DNA of 61,963 nt, counting the filler, from Nitrospirae bacterium CG2_30_53_67 (GTDB lineage Bacteria > CG2-30-53-67): assembly GCA_001873285.1 (NCBI GenBank). It is 6 parts of 6 records of this genome, joined end to end, with 100 filler letters (N's around TTAATTAATTAA, not from the genome) between each part and the next. Parts side by side here need not be neighbours in the genome. Positions count along the whole stretch, not along the records: positions 32,839 to 49,235 come from MNYV01000138.1; positions 49,336 to 52,872 come from MNYV01000156.1; 4 more parts are not named here. One strand, written 5' to 3'. Positions 38,770-49,858 of the stretch are shown here, in pieces. The notes beneath the pieces were generated by a model that saw nothing but the letters and a program-made list of their open reading frames with translations, was not told where the DNA came from and did not search any database. How positions within the stretch are numbered: position 1 is the stretch's first letter; each line of letters opens with the position of its first letter. The position numbers and the translations under genes are program-made.

Positions 38770-38966
38770 GGGTTCAAGGATTCGAGGGGCCAAGGGGTCG
38801 AGGGTTTAAAGGTTCAAGAGTTTAAAGGTTTAAGGGTTTAAGGGTTTAAAGGTTTAAGGGTTGATGTTTTCACTTGACCCCTTGACCCCTTGAACCCTTG
38901 ACCCCTTGAACCCTTGACCCCTTGACCCCTTGACCCCTTGAACCCTTCTGTCCCACTACATGTGGG
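38768..38966. repeat. 8-nt tandem-repeat element (copy E), longest arms
   Basis: 12 G-rich units (38768-38863) facing 9 C-rich units (38873-38944). Confidence 0.92.
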
Positions 38967-38985
38967 TTAAAACGGAATTTCTAAT

Positions 38986-40197
38986 ATGGCGGCAAATAAA
39001 CCGAATCATATGAGGTATATTGTTCTGTTGGGCGATGGGATGGCGGATCTCCCGATTCCTGAATTGGGAGGGAAGACCCCCTTGCAGGCGGCGAACACCT
39101 CGAATATGGACCGGCTCGCCCGAGGGGGCGAGATCGGCCTGGTCAAGACGATTCCGGATGGTTTTCTCCCGGGGAGCGACGTGGCGAACTTAGCGGTTTT
39201 CGGCTATGACCCTGCAAAATATTTTACCGGCCGGGCGCCCCTGGAGGCTGCAAGCATGGGGGTGGATCTCGGTCCGGACGATGTGGCCTTCCGGTGCAAT
39301 CTGGTGACCATCGAGGATGCGGTCATGGTTGATTTCAGCGCGGGGCACATCAGCAGTGAGGAGGCCGCTGTTCTGATCCGGGATATCAACCAGGCCCTGT
39401 CGGATGACCGGGTCTCGTTCCATCCGGGTGTGAGTTACCGCCATCTCATGGTCTGGAGGAAGGGGAAGTCCGCCACCCTCTGCACGCCTCCGCATGACAT
39501 CACCGGCAGGCCGATATCGGATTATCTTCCGTTCCAGGACGGATCTGAAATGCTCAAGGATCTCATGCTCCGTTCCCAGAACCTGTTAAAAGACCATCCG
39601 GTGAACCGCAAGCGGGGAGAAGCGGGGAAACGCCCCGCCAATTCCATCTGGCTATGGGGACAGGGGAGGCGGCCGAGCCTGCCCGCATTTAAGGAAAAGT
39701 ACGGTCTCAGCGGTTCGGTGATCTCTGCCGTGGACCTGGTCAAGGGGATCGGGATCTATGCGGGACTGAAACCAATCCGGGTTCCAGGGGCCACCGGGTA
39801 TCTGGATACCAATTACCGGGGCAAGGCTTTGGCGGCCGTTAAGGCCCTTGAGAACGGCTCGTTTGTCTATCTCCACGTGGAGGCGCCGGATGAAGCAGGC
39901 CACATGGGAAACATAGAGGAGAAGGTCAGGGCCATTGAAGCGTTCGATGAGCAGGTGGTCGGGACGGTGCTTTCGGGTTTGCAGAAGTTCGATTCATTCA
40001 GGGTCCTCCTGCTGCCGGATCATCCCACGCCGATCTCGATCCGGACGCACAGCAGAGAGATGTCTCCTTACGTGATCTATGACAGCCGGAAGGTCAAGGA
40101 GACCGGACAGGTCTACGATGAGATCTCTGCGAGGCAATCCGGCCGGGTGGTCAATCCCGGTTACCAGATCATGGACCGGCTGATCAGGGGAGATTAG
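38986..40197 (+). CDS. apgM: Cofactor-independent phosphoglycerate mutase family (proposed homoserine kinase)
   Basis: GDGMAD, PGSDVAN, HVEAPDEAGH, PDH. Confidence 0.88.
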   Translation: MAANKPNHMRYIVLLGDGMADLPIPELGGKTPLQAANTSNMDRLARGGEIGLVKTIPDGFLPGSDVANLAVFGYDPAKYFTGRAPLEAASMGVDLGPDDVAFRCNLVTIEDAVMVDFSAGHISSEEAAVLIRDINQALSDDRVSFHPGVSYRHLMVWRKGKSATLCTPPHDITGRPISDYLPFQDGSEMLKDLMLRSQNLLKDHPVNRKRGEAGKRPANSIWLWGQGRRPSLPAFKEKYGLSGSVISAVDLVKGIGIYAGLKPIRVPGATGYLDTNYRGKALAAVKALENGSFVYLHVEAPDEAGHMGNIEEKVRAIEAFDEQVVGTVLSGLQKFDSFRVLLLPDHPTPISIRTHSREMSPYVIYDSRKVKETGQVYDEISARQSGRVVNPGYQIMDRLIRGD

Positions 40198-40210
40198 ATC
40201 ATTATTTTTC

Positions 40211-40379
40211 GATCATCTCCAAAAGAGTGGGTGAAAACATCAGGGGTCAAGGGGTCAAGGATTCCAGGGGTCAAGTGAAGTGCTGAAAACATAAGGGGCC
40301 GAGGGGTAAAGGGGTCGAGTGAACTACTCAAACCCTTGAACCCTGGAACCCTTGAACCCACAAAATGGGAGAAGGATCA
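40211..40379. mobile_element. 8-nt tandem-repeat element, two-armed (copy F)
   Basis: GATCATCTCCAAAAGAGTGGGT...ACCCACAAAATGGGAGAAGGATC. Confidence 0.82.
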
Positions 40380-40432
40380 GAAACTATTATGTTGTCAAGA
40401 GTAACAACCTGTCCGCATAATGAAAGGTTTTT

Positions 40433-41683
40433 ATGGGTTTGATCGTCCAGAAATACGGCGGAACCTCGGTTCGGGACATTGAGCGGATCCGCAGCGTGGC
40501 CGAGCGGGTCGGAAGGATGCGTGAGCAGGGGCACGATGTGATCGTCGTGGTTTCGGCCATGGCCGGAGAGACCGACAAACTGGTCAAATGGGCCGGGGAG
40601 TTTACGGAAATTCCGGACGAACGCGAGTATGATCTTCTCCTTTCTTCCGGGGAGCGGATCACGAGCGCGCTGCTCGCCATCGCCCTTCAGACCATCGGAT
40701 ATCCGGCCCAGTCCTTCACCGGACGGCAGGCCGGGATCATCACCGATTCTGCGCATGGAAAGGCGAGGATTGCGAGGATTACAGGCGAGAGGATACAAGA
40801 GGCGCTCGCTCAGGGGAAGATCGCCGTGGTCGCAGGGTTTCAGGGGATCGATGAAAAGTCCGATGTCTCCACACTCGGAAGGGGCGGTTCGGACACCTCC
40901 GCGGTGGCCCTGGCCGCGGCCTTTCATGCGGACCTGTGCGAGATCTACACGGACGTGGATGGTGTTTACACCACGGACCCGAACCTCGTCCCGGAGGCGA
41001 GGAAACTTGAGAAGATCTCCTATGACGAAATGCTCGAGCTCGCGAGTCTCGGCGCCAAGGTGCTGCAGACCCGCTCCGTGGAATTCGCAAAAAAATACAA
41101 TGTTCCGCTCATGGTGCGGTCGAGTTTCAACGAGCATTCAGGGACATTGGTGACCCAGGAGGAATCAGACATGGAAAAAGTGGTTGTTGCCGGCATCGCC
41201 TACAACAAGGGAGAGGCAAAGGTCTCCATCATCGGGATCCCGGACCGGCCCGGCGTGGCCAAACGGATTTTCCGCTCCCTGGCGGATGCCAATGTCGTGG
41301 TGGATATGATCATACAGAATATCGGAAAGGACGGGCTGGCGGACCTGACTTTTACGGTTTCCAAAGAGGACAGGCCCAAGGCCGAGAAAATCATGCAGGA
41401 ACTCAAGAATGATCTCTCGGCCCGTGAAATCCGTGTGGACGAGGATATCGTCAAGGTGGCCATCGTGGGAGTGGGCATGCGCTCACATACCGGCGTCGCG
41501 GCGAAGATGTTCGAGATCCTTGCCGATGTCGGGATCAATATCCAGATGATCAGCACCTCGGAGATCAAGATCTCCTGTATCCTTGCGGCAAAATATCTGG
41601 AACTTGCAGTACGGGAACTGCACAAGGCCTTTGAACTCGACAAGGAGCAGACCCTTCACGAGAAGCGTTATCCGTCCCGATAG
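40433..41683 (+). CDS. lysC: Aspartate kinase
   Basis: [18 protein letters not shown], two ACT domains, STSEIK. Confidence 0.97.
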   Translation: MGLIVQKYGGTSVRDIERIRSVAERVGRMREQGHDVIVVVSAMAGETDKLVKWAGEFTEIPDEREYDLLLSSGERITSALLAIALQTIGYPAQSFTGRQAGIITDSAHGKARIARITGERIQEALAQGKIAVVAGFQGIDEKSDVSTLGRGGSDTSAVALAAAFHADLCEIYTDVDGVYTTDPNLVPEARKLEKISYDEMLELASLGAKVLQTRSVEFAKKYNVPLMVRSSFNEHSGTLVTQEESDMEKVVVAGIAYNKGEAKVSIIGIPDRPGVAKRIFRSLADANVVVDMIIQNIGKDGLADLTFTVSKEDRPKAEKIMQELKNDLSAREIRVDEDIVKVAIVGVGMRSHTGVAAKMFEILADVGINIQMISTSEIKISCILAAKYLELAVRELHKAFELDKEQTLHEKRYPSR

Positions 41684-41713
41684 AAGAAGCTTCAAGACCG
41701 GGTGAAGACGAAC

Positions 41714-41739
41714 GAACCCTTGAACCCTGAAACCCTTTT
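41714..41739. repeat. 8-nt repeat remnant (copy G)
   Basis: GAACCCTT GAACCCTG AAACCCTT. Confidence 0.6.
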
Positions 41740-41767
41740 GACCACTGCAACGGAGGGAAAACCAGAC

Positions 41768-43372
41768 GTGAGCACACACACCAAGCCGCATGTGACGATC
41801 TATGATACCACGCTGAGAGACGGCACCCAGTCCGAGGACATTTCCCTTTCGGTTCAGGACAAGCTCCGGATCACCGGGTATCTCGATGATTTAGGTGTTC
41901 ATTACATTGAGGGGGGATGGCCGGGTTCCAATCCCAGGGATATCGAGTACTTCAAATCCGTGCATCAACTCCCGTTGAAACGCTCAAAGGTCACGGCCTT
42001 CGGAAGCACCAGGCGCCGCGGCGTCACCCCGGGAAAGGACAGAAACCTCCGGCAGATCATGAAGTCCGGCGTGGAGACGGCCACGATCTTCGGGAAATCA
42101 TGGGATTTCCATGTCCGCCATGCCCTGCATGTCTCCATGAAGGAAAACCTCGACATGATCTATGATTCGGTCCGCTACCTCAAGGCGAGGCTTTCCGAAG
42201 TCATCTACGATGCGGAACACTTCTTTGACGGGTACAAGGCCGATCCGGAGTATGCGATCCGGACCCTGCTGGCCGCCGAGGATGGAGGCGCAGACATCAT
42301 CGTGCTCTGCGACACCAACGGCGGGACCCTCTCCCATGAAATCGGCCCGATCATGGAAGAGGTGAAAAAAAAGATCAGGACCCCGCTCGGTATCCATGCG
42401 CACAATGACACTGAGATGGCCGTGGCCAATACCATCACGGCCGTGAGGCACGGGGCCGTTCAGGTGCATGGAACCATCAACGGGTACGGGGAGCGGTGCG
42501 GAAATGCCAACCTCTGCTCCGTGATCCCGAACCTGATGTTGAAACTCAAGATCCCGTGCCTCGGCATGAAGGACCTGGCCAAGCTAAAGAAACTCTCCGG
42601 GTTCGTCTCCGAGATCGCCAACCTCCCTCACAACAAGCGCCTCCCTTATGTCGGGGATTCGGCCTTCGCCCACAAGGCCGGGATCCATGTGAGCGCGGTT
42701 AAGAGGGAGTCCGGGACCTACGAGCATGTCCGTCCGGAATCCGTGGGCAATCATCAGCGCATCCTGGTCTCCGACCTCTCGGGGAGAAGTAATATCCTGC
42801 ACAAGGCACAGGAGTACGGCGTGGACATTGAAGGACGCTCAAAAGAGGTCAGGCAGATCCTCCGCGTGCTCAAACAAATGGAGAATCAGGGTTTCCAGTT
42901 TGAAGGGGCCGAGGCCTCGTTCGAGATCCTGATGCGCGAGGGCATGTCAAAGCAGAAGCGTTACTTCGACCTGCTTGGTTTCCGTGTGATCAACGAAAAG
43001 AAAGGGGATCAACCCACGGCGTGCGAGGCCACGATCATGCTGCGCGGGCCGGACGGCAGGGTGGTGCACGAGGCATCCGTGGGGAACGGGCCGGTGAACG
43101 CCCTGGACAATGCCCTGCGCAAGGCCCTGTATGTCTTTTATCCTGAGCTTTCCGAGGTCCGTTTAACGGATTACAAGGTCCGAGTCCTGACAGACAAGAA
43201 AGGGACCGGCGCCAGCGTGCGCGTGCTCACTGAATCCAGCGACGGCGTGGACCACTGGGGTACGGTGGGGGTCTCCGAGAACGTGGTTGAGGCCTCCTGG
43301 CAGGCCATGGTGGACAGCCTGGTCTATAAATTGATGAAAGCCGATGATCGAAGAAATTGGGACCATCATTGA
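41768..43372 (+). CDS. cimA: Citramalate synthase
   Basis: [39 protein letters not shown] before GTG 41768. Confidence 0.93.
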   Translation: MSTHTKPHVTIYDTTLRDGTQSEDISLSVQDKLRITGYLDDLGVHYIEGGWPGSNPRDIEYFKSVHQLPLKRSKVTAFGSTRRRGVTPGKDRNLRQIMKSGVETATIFGKSWDFHVRHALHVSMKENLDMIYDSVRYLKARLSEVIYDAEHFFDGYKADPEYAIRTLLAAEDGGADIIVLCDTNGGTLSHEIGPIMEEVKKKIRTPLGIHAHNDTEMAVANTITAVRHGAVQVHGTINGYGERCGNANLCSVIPNLMLKLKIPCLGMKDLAKLKKLSGFVSEIANLPHNKRLPYVGDSAFAHKAGIHVSAVKRESGTYEHVRPESVGNHQRILVSDLSGRSNILHKAQEYGVDIEGRSKEVRQILRVLKQMENQGFQFEGAEASFEILMREGMSKQKRYFDLLGFRVINEKKGDQPTACEATIMLRGPDGRVVHEASVGNGPVNALDNALRKALYVFYPELSEVRLTDYKVRVLTDKKGTGASVRVLTESSDGVDHWGTVGVSENVVEASWQAMVDSLVYKLMKADDRRNWDHH

Positions 43373-43775
43373 AATCCATGAAGGCCGGGCGCTGGTCAGG
43401 ACCGACCGGAGCAGCGCATGTTCCGGGTGCGCCTCCATGGGCTTATGCCATGTCACGGAATCCGGAGATGAGCGCACGGTTGAGGCGGATAACCCGGGCC
43501 ATGCCGTGATCGGTCAGAAGGTCCGGGTAGCCGTTCCCACTTCAAGTTTTTTAAAAGGAACCTTCTTTCTTTATCTCTTTCCCCTGATCGGTCTCTTCTC
43601 AGGCATGGCCGCGGGTCTGTGGTTTGCGGGCCGGTATGCCAAGGGGAGGGAAGACCTCTTCGCCGCCGCCGGCGCCCTTATCGGCCTTCTCATCTTTTTC
43701 TTCCTGCAGCGCCTCTTCAACAAAAGGTTCGAACGAAACAAGGTTTTCCGTCCCCGTATTGTGGAGGCGCTGTAA
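43344..43775 (+). CDS. RseC/MucC family protein
   Basis: MIEEIG, ACSGCAS..C, YLFP, two TMs. Confidence 0.88.
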   Translation: MIEEIGTIIEIHEGRALVRTDRSSACSGCASMGLCHVTESGDERTVEADNPGHAVIGQKVRVAVPTSSFLKGTFFLYLFPLIGLFSGMAAGLWFAGRYAKGREDLFAAAGALIGLLIFFFLQRLFNKRFERNKVFRPRIVEAL

Positions 43776-43831
43776 TAAATATTTATTCATTAAGACAGGG
43801 GCGTTTAAAACATTCTCGTGGAGAATAATCA

Positions 43832-46800
43832 TTGATGGAACCCCGGCATAAGCCCAGAATAAAAACCGCCGAAAAAACTAAAGTATCGCACAGGGCGTCC
43901 AGCCTGTCCGTTCAGCAAAAACGTGTCCGTTCAAACAAAGATCGATTCCTGATGGGCGACAGCCCATATCATCTTCTGTTCCAAAAGATCCGGGACGCCA
44001 TCTTTGTGGCCGATATTCGTACACGAAGAATCGTGGACGTGAATCTTGCCGCGGTCCGTCTTATGGGATATTCCCGGAAAAAACTTCTGACCATGAAGGC
44101 GGATCAGCTTCACCCTGAGTCGGTCCGGGCCGAGACCATGGAGGGCTTCAAACGTCATGCAGCCGGGTCCACAGAGGAAGTGGAGAGCCTGGTTCTGACT
44201 TCAAGGGGCAGAGAGGTCCCTGTGGGCATTCGAACGAGTGCCCTTAAAATTGAAGGGGAAAAGCGCCTTTTAGGGATCTTCCGGGATATCACAGAACGAA
44301 AAAATATGGAGAGGAATCTCAATGATCAGAAGGCTTTTTTTAATGACGTTCTTGAAAGCATACAGGACGGGATCAGCATCCTCGATAATGATCTGAATAT
44401 TCTTTACACCAACTCCACCATGAAAAAGTGGTATGCACATAACCTTCCTCACACCGGCAGGAAGTGCTTCGACGTCTATCAGGGAAGGACCAAGCCCTGT
44501 GAGATCTGCCCAAGCATTCAAACCTTGAAAAGCGGGAAAGAGGCTGTTGAAATCGTCCCATATACAGGCGAAAAGGGTGTTCAGGGTTGGCAGGAGCTTT
44601 ATGCCTTCCCGCTTGTGGACTCCATGACGTCCAAGGTGACCGGCGTCATCGAATATGTCCATGATATCACGGAACGCAGGAGGATGGAGGAAGCGCTCAG
44701 AGAATCCGAAGAGAAATACCGGATGATCTTTGAAGATTCACCCCTGGGGATCCTTCATATTGACCGGAACGGTGTCGTGACAGCCTGTAACGAACATCTT
44801 GCCCGGATCCTGGGGGCCGACAGAGAAAAAGTGATCGGGTTTAACATGTTGACCTCGTTGAGGAATGAAAAATTAAGATCCGCTGTAACCTCGGCGCTCT
44901 CCGGAAAGAGAGGATACTTTGAAGGGGAGTATCTGTCGGTCCTCGGGGGAAAACATTCGTTCTTAAAAGCCGATTACAGCCCCTTGCTTTCCGATGACGG
45001 TTCGGTCCTCGGAGTCACCGGCATTCTCGAAGACATCAGCCGGCGCAAAAAGGCCGAGGAGGCAGTGCTGAAGATTGCAAGAGGGGTTTCCGCCGAGGTG
45101 GGTGAAAAATATTTCCGTTCCATGGTGGAACACCTGGCAAAAATATTGGAGGCCGATTATGCGTTTATCGCCGAAATTATGGCGGATCAACCCCATATGA
45201 TCAGAACGATTGCCATGTATGCCGACGGCGGCATCGTAGATAACGTCGAGTTCAATCTTCAGGGCACGCCCTGTGAATCCACTCTCGGGAAAAGCGCCCA
45301 TTCTTATTCCAGAGACGTACAGAAGCTGTTCCCTGAGTGTGAGTTGCTGGTGAAGATGAATGTCCATGCCTATATCGGGATTCCGTTATTTGACTTGACG
45401 GGGCGGTCGCTCGGCATTATGGTGGTCATGTTCAAGAGTGCCGTCAATAATATCAAGATGATCGAATCGACGCTGCAAATCTTCTCGGACCGAGCCGAGG
45501 CCGAGATCGAACGGCGGCTATCCGACGAGGCGTTAAGAGAGTCCGAACGCTCCTACAGAACACTGGCGCAGAACCTTCCCGCTGTCGTTTACAGAATATT
45601 TCTGAGAGAGAACAACCGGATGCATTTTTTCAATAATCTGCTCAAAACCATGACAGGCTATTCCGAGGAGGAACTGAGTCATGGCAGGGTCTGTTCCATT
45701 GAGCCGCTGATTATTTCCGAACAAAGACAAGGGGTGATCCGAGAGATCGAGCGTGCGCTTTCAGAAGAGAGGCGGTTCTCAGTCGAATATCCAATCAGGC
45801 ATAAGGATGGAACGATCCGGTTCTTTCTTGAAAGGGGAACCCCTGTCTCCGGTGCGGACGGAAAGCCGCTCTATATTGACGGATTAATCTATGACATCAC
45901 CGAAAATAAACGGATGGAGGAGGAACTCTCCCGGGCCCAGCGGCTTGAGACTGCCGGAAGGATCGCAGGGCAGATCGCCCATGATTTCAACAACCTTCTC
46001 TCTCCGCTGATGGCCTATCCTGACCTGATGCGTATGGAATGTGCGGAGAAGAACAGCAAACTTTTACCTCTCCTGGACCAGATGCAGTCTGCAGCGATTC
46101 AGATGGCGGAGATCAACCAGCAGCTCCTGACCCTGGGAAGGAGAGGGCACTACACCCTGGAAGCCGTCCATCTGAACGCGGTGATCGAAGAACTGCTCGG
46201 ATCCATGCCGATCCCCCATACCGTGACCGTGGAGAAAAAATATGATCCCGATCTGCTGCCGGTCAAGGGCGGATCGGCACAGCTTTCACGCGTGTTCACC
46301 AACGTCATCGCCAATGCCGTCGAGTCCATGGCGGATGTCGGGACGTTGAGGATCGCCACAAAGAATGTCTATCTGGACCAGCCTTTGAAAAGCTATGAAA
46401 CCATTCAGGGGGGGGAATATGTCCGGGTTGATGTTGAAGATACCGGATGCGGTATTTCCCCTGAAATCATCAACAGCATTTTCGATCCGTTTTTCACGAC
46501 CAAGAAGGCGGACAAGAAACGGGGCTCCGGCCTCGGCCTGAGCGTGGTCAAGGCGGTGATCGAAGACCATAACGGCTATATCGGGATAGTGAGCCGGTCG
46601 GGCAAAGGAACGACATTCTCCCTCTATTTTCCCATCACCCGGGATGTGGAATTCCAGGCAAAGGCGGCGGAGGAGATTGCCGGAGGGAGTGAGCGTCTCC
46701 TGATCGTGGATGATGACCCGGTCCAGAGGGAGGTGATCAAACGCCTCCTCGATCAGCTCGGCTATAAAGTCCATGCCGTGGAAAGCGGAGAAGAAGCGGT

Positions 46801-47050
46801 GGAATATGTCAAGGGGCATCCGCAGGACCTGCTGATCCTGGATATGATCATGGATGGGATCGACGGGACCGAGACCTTCCGCAGGATCCGTGAGTTTCGT
46901 CCCGATCAAAAGGCGGCCATCCTTTCAGGTTATGCAGAAACCGAGCGTGTGGCCGAGGCGCAGCGTATGGGAGCGGGGATCTATATTAGAAAACCTGTGG
47001 ATCTGAAATCCCTCGCCAGGGCCGTCAGGCTTGAGATTGATCAATCATAA
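43832..47050 (+). CDS. Hybrid sensor histidine kinase (PAS x3, GAF, PAS, HisKA, HATPase, REC)
   Basis: Repeated DITERK-type PAC ends, AHDFNN, DPFFTTK, GLGL, C-terminal receiver domain. Confidence 0.95.
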   Translation: MMEPRHKPRIKTAEKTKVSHRASSLSVQQKRVRSNKDRFLMGDSPYHLLFQKIRDAIFVADIRTRRIVDVNLAAVRLMGYSRKKLLTMKADQLHPESVRAETMEGFKRHAAGSTEEVESLVLTSRGREVPVGIRTSALKIEGEKRLLGIFRDITERKNMERNLNDQKAFFNDVLESIQDGISILDNDLNILYTNSTMKKWYAHNLPHTGRKCFDVYQGRTKPCEICPSIQTLKSGKEAVEIVPYTGEKGVQGWQELYAFPLVDSMTSKVTGVIEYVHDITERRRMEEALRESEEKYRMIFEDSPLGILHIDRNGVVTACNEHLARILGADREKVIGFNMLTSLRNEKLRSAVTSALSGKRGYFEGEYLSVLGGKHSFLKADYSPLLSDDGSVLGVTGILEDISRRKKAEEAVLKIARGVSAEVGEKYFRSMVEHLAKILEADYAFIAEIMADQPHMIRTIAMYADGGIVDNVEFNLQGTPCESTLGKSAHSYSRDVQKLFPECELLVKMNVHAYIGIPLFDLTGRSLGIMVVMFKSAVNNIKMIESTLQIFSDRAEAEIERRLSDEALRESERSYRTLAQNLPAVVYRIFLRENNRMHFFNNLLKTMTGYSEEELSHGRVCSIEPLIISEQRQGVIREIERALSEERRFSVEYPIRHKDGTIRFFLERGTPVSGADGKPLYIDGLIYDITENKRMEEELSRAQRLETAGRIAGQIAHDFNNLLSPLMAYPDLMRMECAEKNSKLLPLLDQMQSAAIQMAEINQQLLTLGRRGHYTLEAVHLNAVIEELLGSMPIPHTVTVEKKYDPDLLPVKGGSAQLSRVFTNVIANAVESMADVGTLRIATKNVYLDQPLKSYETIQGGEYVRVDVEDTGCGISPEIINSIFDPFFTTKKADKKRGSGLGLSVVKAVIEDHNGYIGIVSRSGKGTTFSLYFPITRDVEFQAKAAEEIAGGSERLLIVDDDPVQREVIKRLLDQLGYKVHAVESGEEAVEYVKGHPQDLLILDMIMDGIDGTETFRRIREFRPDQKAAILSGYAETERVAEAQRMGAGIYIRKPVDLKSLARAVRLEIDQS

Positions 47051-47079
47051 TTTATACCGCTTTGCCGTGAGGTGACTTA

Positions 47080-47261
47080 GTGCCCCTATTCGTAAATACG
47101 GTGGCATTCGAGCGCCGTAGGGCGGGCTCCTCGGCGTTACGCTCCTTGCGGTGTGCCAGAGGGGTACGCCTCAGTCGCGTGCCTTGATGAGACCACCCTA
47201 CGACCCTCTACCGGTAAACGAGTACAAGTCGGTACGTCACCCTATTTACGAACAGGACCAC
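47080..47261 (-). mobile_element. TTA-flanked MITE (182 bp)
   Basis: 19-bp imperfect TIRs with TTA on both sides; about 20 nt longer than the 48986 copy. Confidence 0.88.
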
Positions 47262-47387
47262 TTAGATCCGCCTGTCATCAAAAAAGAGTTGTCAAATCCA
47301 TATTTTTGGGATAAAAATAACGGCACATCGAGAAGAACCGGGAACCGGATGGGTTCCTTAATATGTAAAAAAATAGGAGAATAAGAA

Positions 47388-48914
47388 ATGAAAAGCTTCA
47401 AACAATTCACGGTGGCATTCGTCATCATCCTCGCCTTTATAGGCGGCATGCTTTATGCGGAATACGGCGGTTCCATTCATTCAGCCGGCGCGGCTTTTGA
47501 CTTTTTCAAACCCAGGGTGGAGGCCAAGCCTGAAGAAAAGCCTGCTCCGACCCCTGAAAAGACGGCCCCGCAGCCTGGCATCACACAGGCGCCGCCCTCG
47601 TTCGTGGAACTGGTCCGGAAGGAAAAACCGGCCGTGGTGAACATCAGTACTACGCAGATCATCAAGCAGAAGGGGTTCACCCATCCTCCACTCGGCGGGA
47701 GACAGAGCCCGTTTGACGAATTTTTCGGGGACGATTTTTTCAAGAGGTTCTTCGGTGATGTCCCGCCCAGGGAATTCAAGTCCAAGAGCCTCGGCTCAGG
47801 CTTCATTATCAGCGGGGACGGGTATATCCTGACCAACAATCACGTGATCGAAAACGCCTCTGAGATCAAAGTGAAACTGACAGACGAAAAAGAGTTCGAT
47901 GCCAAGATCATCGGCCGTGACGCCAAAACCGATATCGCACTGATCAAAATAGAAGACAAAGACAATCTGCCGGTCGTGAATATCGGAGACTCGGATCAAC
48001 TTGAGATCGGTGAATGGGTGGTGGCCATCGGGAATCCCTTCGGTCTGGAGCAGACCGTGACCGCAGGGATCGTCAGCGCCAAGGGACGGGTGATCGGCTC
48101 AGGGCCGTATGACAACTTCATTCAGACCGATGCCTCCATTAATCCGGGCAACAGCGGCGGACCCCTCTTCAATATTCGCGGGGAGGTGATCGGGATCAAC
48201 ACAGCCATCGTGGCCAGCGGGCAGGGGATCGGGTTTGCCATCCCGATCAACATGGCCAAGGATATTCTCCCGCAGCTCAAGGATAAAGGCACGGTGACCC
48301 GAGGCTGGCTTGGGGTCATGGTCCAGCATATCACCCCGGATATAGCGGAGAGCCTGCATTTAGAGGGCAAAGAGGGCGCCCTGGTCGCAGACGTGGTCAA
48401 AGGAGGGCCTGCTGAAAAAGCCGGGATCAAACGCGGGGATGTCATCCTGGAATTCGACGGCAAGCAGATCGGGAAGATGAGGGATCTTCCCTCTGTGGTC
48501 GCCTCAACGCCTTTAGGAAAAGAAGTCAAGGTGCTGATCCTGCGGGAAGGAAAGGAAAAGACCTTGACGGTTACGATCACCAAGCTTGAAGAAGAAAAGA
48601 CGGCTTCTTCTGAGACCAAAGAAGAAGCCGGAGATTTCGGAATGAAGGTTCAGGATCTCACTCCTGAAGTGGCCGACTATTTTAATTTGCAGGAGACCGA
48701 AGGTGTGGTGATCGTGGACGTGGACAAGGACGGCGCCGCGGCCGAGGCCGGGATGCAGCCCGGAGATTTGATTTCGGAGGTGAACCAGAAGCCGGTCCGC
48801 TCCCTCAAGGATTACCGGGAGGCCGTCTCACTCAAGAAAGCGGGTGAGCCTTCCCTCTTCTGGATTAAAAGAGGTGACAATACCCTTTACTTCGCAGTCA
48901 GGAAACAGAAGTAA
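47388..48914 (+). CDS. degP: DegP/DegQ serine protease
   Basis: TNNHV, D, GNSGG, two PDZ domains. Confidence 0.95.
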   Translation: MKSFKQFTVAFVIILAFIGGMLYAEYGGSIHSAGAAFDFFKPRVEAKPEEKPAPTPEKTAPQPGITQAPPSFVELVRKEKPAVVNISTTQIIKQKGFTHPPLGGRQSPFDEFFGDDFFKRFFGDVPPREFKSKSLGSGFIISGDGYILTNNHVIENASEIKVKLTDEKEFDAKIIGRDAKTDIALIKIEDKDNLPVVNIGDSDQLEIGEWVVAIGNPFGLEQTVTAGIVSAKGRVIGSGPYDNFIQTDASINPGNSGGPLFNIRGEVIGINTAIVASGQGIGFAIPINMAKDILPQLKDKGTVTRGWLGVMVQHITPDIAESLHLEGKEGALVADVVKGGPAEKAGIKRGDVILEFDGKQIGKMRDLPSVVASTPLGKEVKVLILREGKEKTLTVTITKLEEEKTASSETKEEAGDFGMKVQDLTPEVADYFNLQETEGVVIVDVDKDGAAAEAGMQPGDLISEVNQKPVRSLKDYREAVSLKKAGEPSLFWIKRGDNTLYFAVRKQK

Positions 48915-48920
48915 TAAACG

Positions 48921-48962
48921 GTTCACCCCGTTAGAGGCCTTAAGGCCTCTAACGGGGTGAAC
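48921..48962. repeat. Perfect 42-bp palindrome (CCCCGTTAGA family), possible terminator
   Basis: GTTCACCCCGTTAGAGGCCTT|AAGGCCTCTAACGGGGTGAAC, 6 nt after the degP stop. Confidence 0.85.
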
Positions 48963-48985
48963 TTGAGTGAGACCTTCCATACTTA

Positions 48986-49148
48986 GTGGTCCTGTTCGTA
49001 AATATGGTAACGTACCGAGAGGGTCGTAGGGTGGTCTCATCAAGGCGCGCGACTGAGGTGTACCCACTGTGGTACGCCGCAAGGAGCGGAACGCAGATGA
49101 GGCCGCCCTACGGCACTCGAATGCGACCGTATTTACGAATAGGGCCAC
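48986..49148 (+). mobile_element. TTA-flanked MITE (163 bp)
   Basis: TTA|GTGGTCCTGTTCGTAAATA...TATTTACGAATAGGGCCAC|TTA. Confidence 0.9.
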
Positions 49149-49235
49149 TTAGTCGGAAATTTTGGGTATGATTTTCGGCTTGTATCCCAGGATGGGGTCA
49201 ATCACAGGCGCATAGCCGGCAGGAACCGGGAAGGG

Positions 49236-49335
49236 NNNNNNNNNNNNNNNNNNNNNNNNNNNNNNNNNNNNNNNNNNNNTTAATTAATTAANNNNNNNNN
49301 NNNNNNNNNNNNNNNNNNNNNNNNNNNNNNNNNNN
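49236..49335. other. Artificial contig linker
   Basis: N-run, TTAATTAATTAA, N-run. Confidence 0.98.
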
Positions 49336-49637
49336 TCCGGATGCGGGTGGACGGAGAGCGTGTGGAAATGGAATCCACAGGCGACGGCCCCGTGGATGCC
49401 GTCTATTCCGCGATCAAGAAAATTACAAGGAACGACTCCCCCTTAGTCGGGTACTTTGTCAAGGGGATCACCGGCGGGACCGATGCCCAGGGCGAGGTGA
49501 CCACGCGTGTCAAGGAGGGAGACCAGATCTTCATCGGGCAGGGGGCCGATACCGACATTATCGCAGCCTCAGCCAAGGCCTATGTGAATGCCTTGAATAA
49601 ACTGGAACATTGGAGGAGAAACCGCAAGAAGCAATAA
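49336..49637 (+). CDS. leuA: 2-isopropylmalate synthase, C-terminal regulatory domain (partial)
   Basis: GDGPVDA, ITGGTDAQGEV, DIIAASAKAYVNALN. Confidence 0.92.
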
Positions 49638-49661
49638 TTTCATCCGAGGATTTTTTTGCGA

Positions 49662-49772
49662 AAGGGTTCAAGGGGTCCAGGGGCCAAGGATTCAAGTGGA
49701 ATAATGAAACGCAAGCAAAATCTTCAGAGAAAAACACTGGAACCCTTGAACCCTGGGACCCTCGAACCCTTT
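49662..49772. mobile_element. 8-nt tandem-repeat element (copy H)
   Basis: G-arm, core CAAGCAAAATCTTCAGAG (inverted relative to copies B and I), C-arm. Confidence 0.82.
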
Positions 49773-49858
49773 GTTCGAAGCAAGAGAAGAGAACAACTGA
49801 TGCAACTCAGTCGAACAGATCGCGTGCTGAAATCTGATAATTCTTTTTGGAGACCAAC

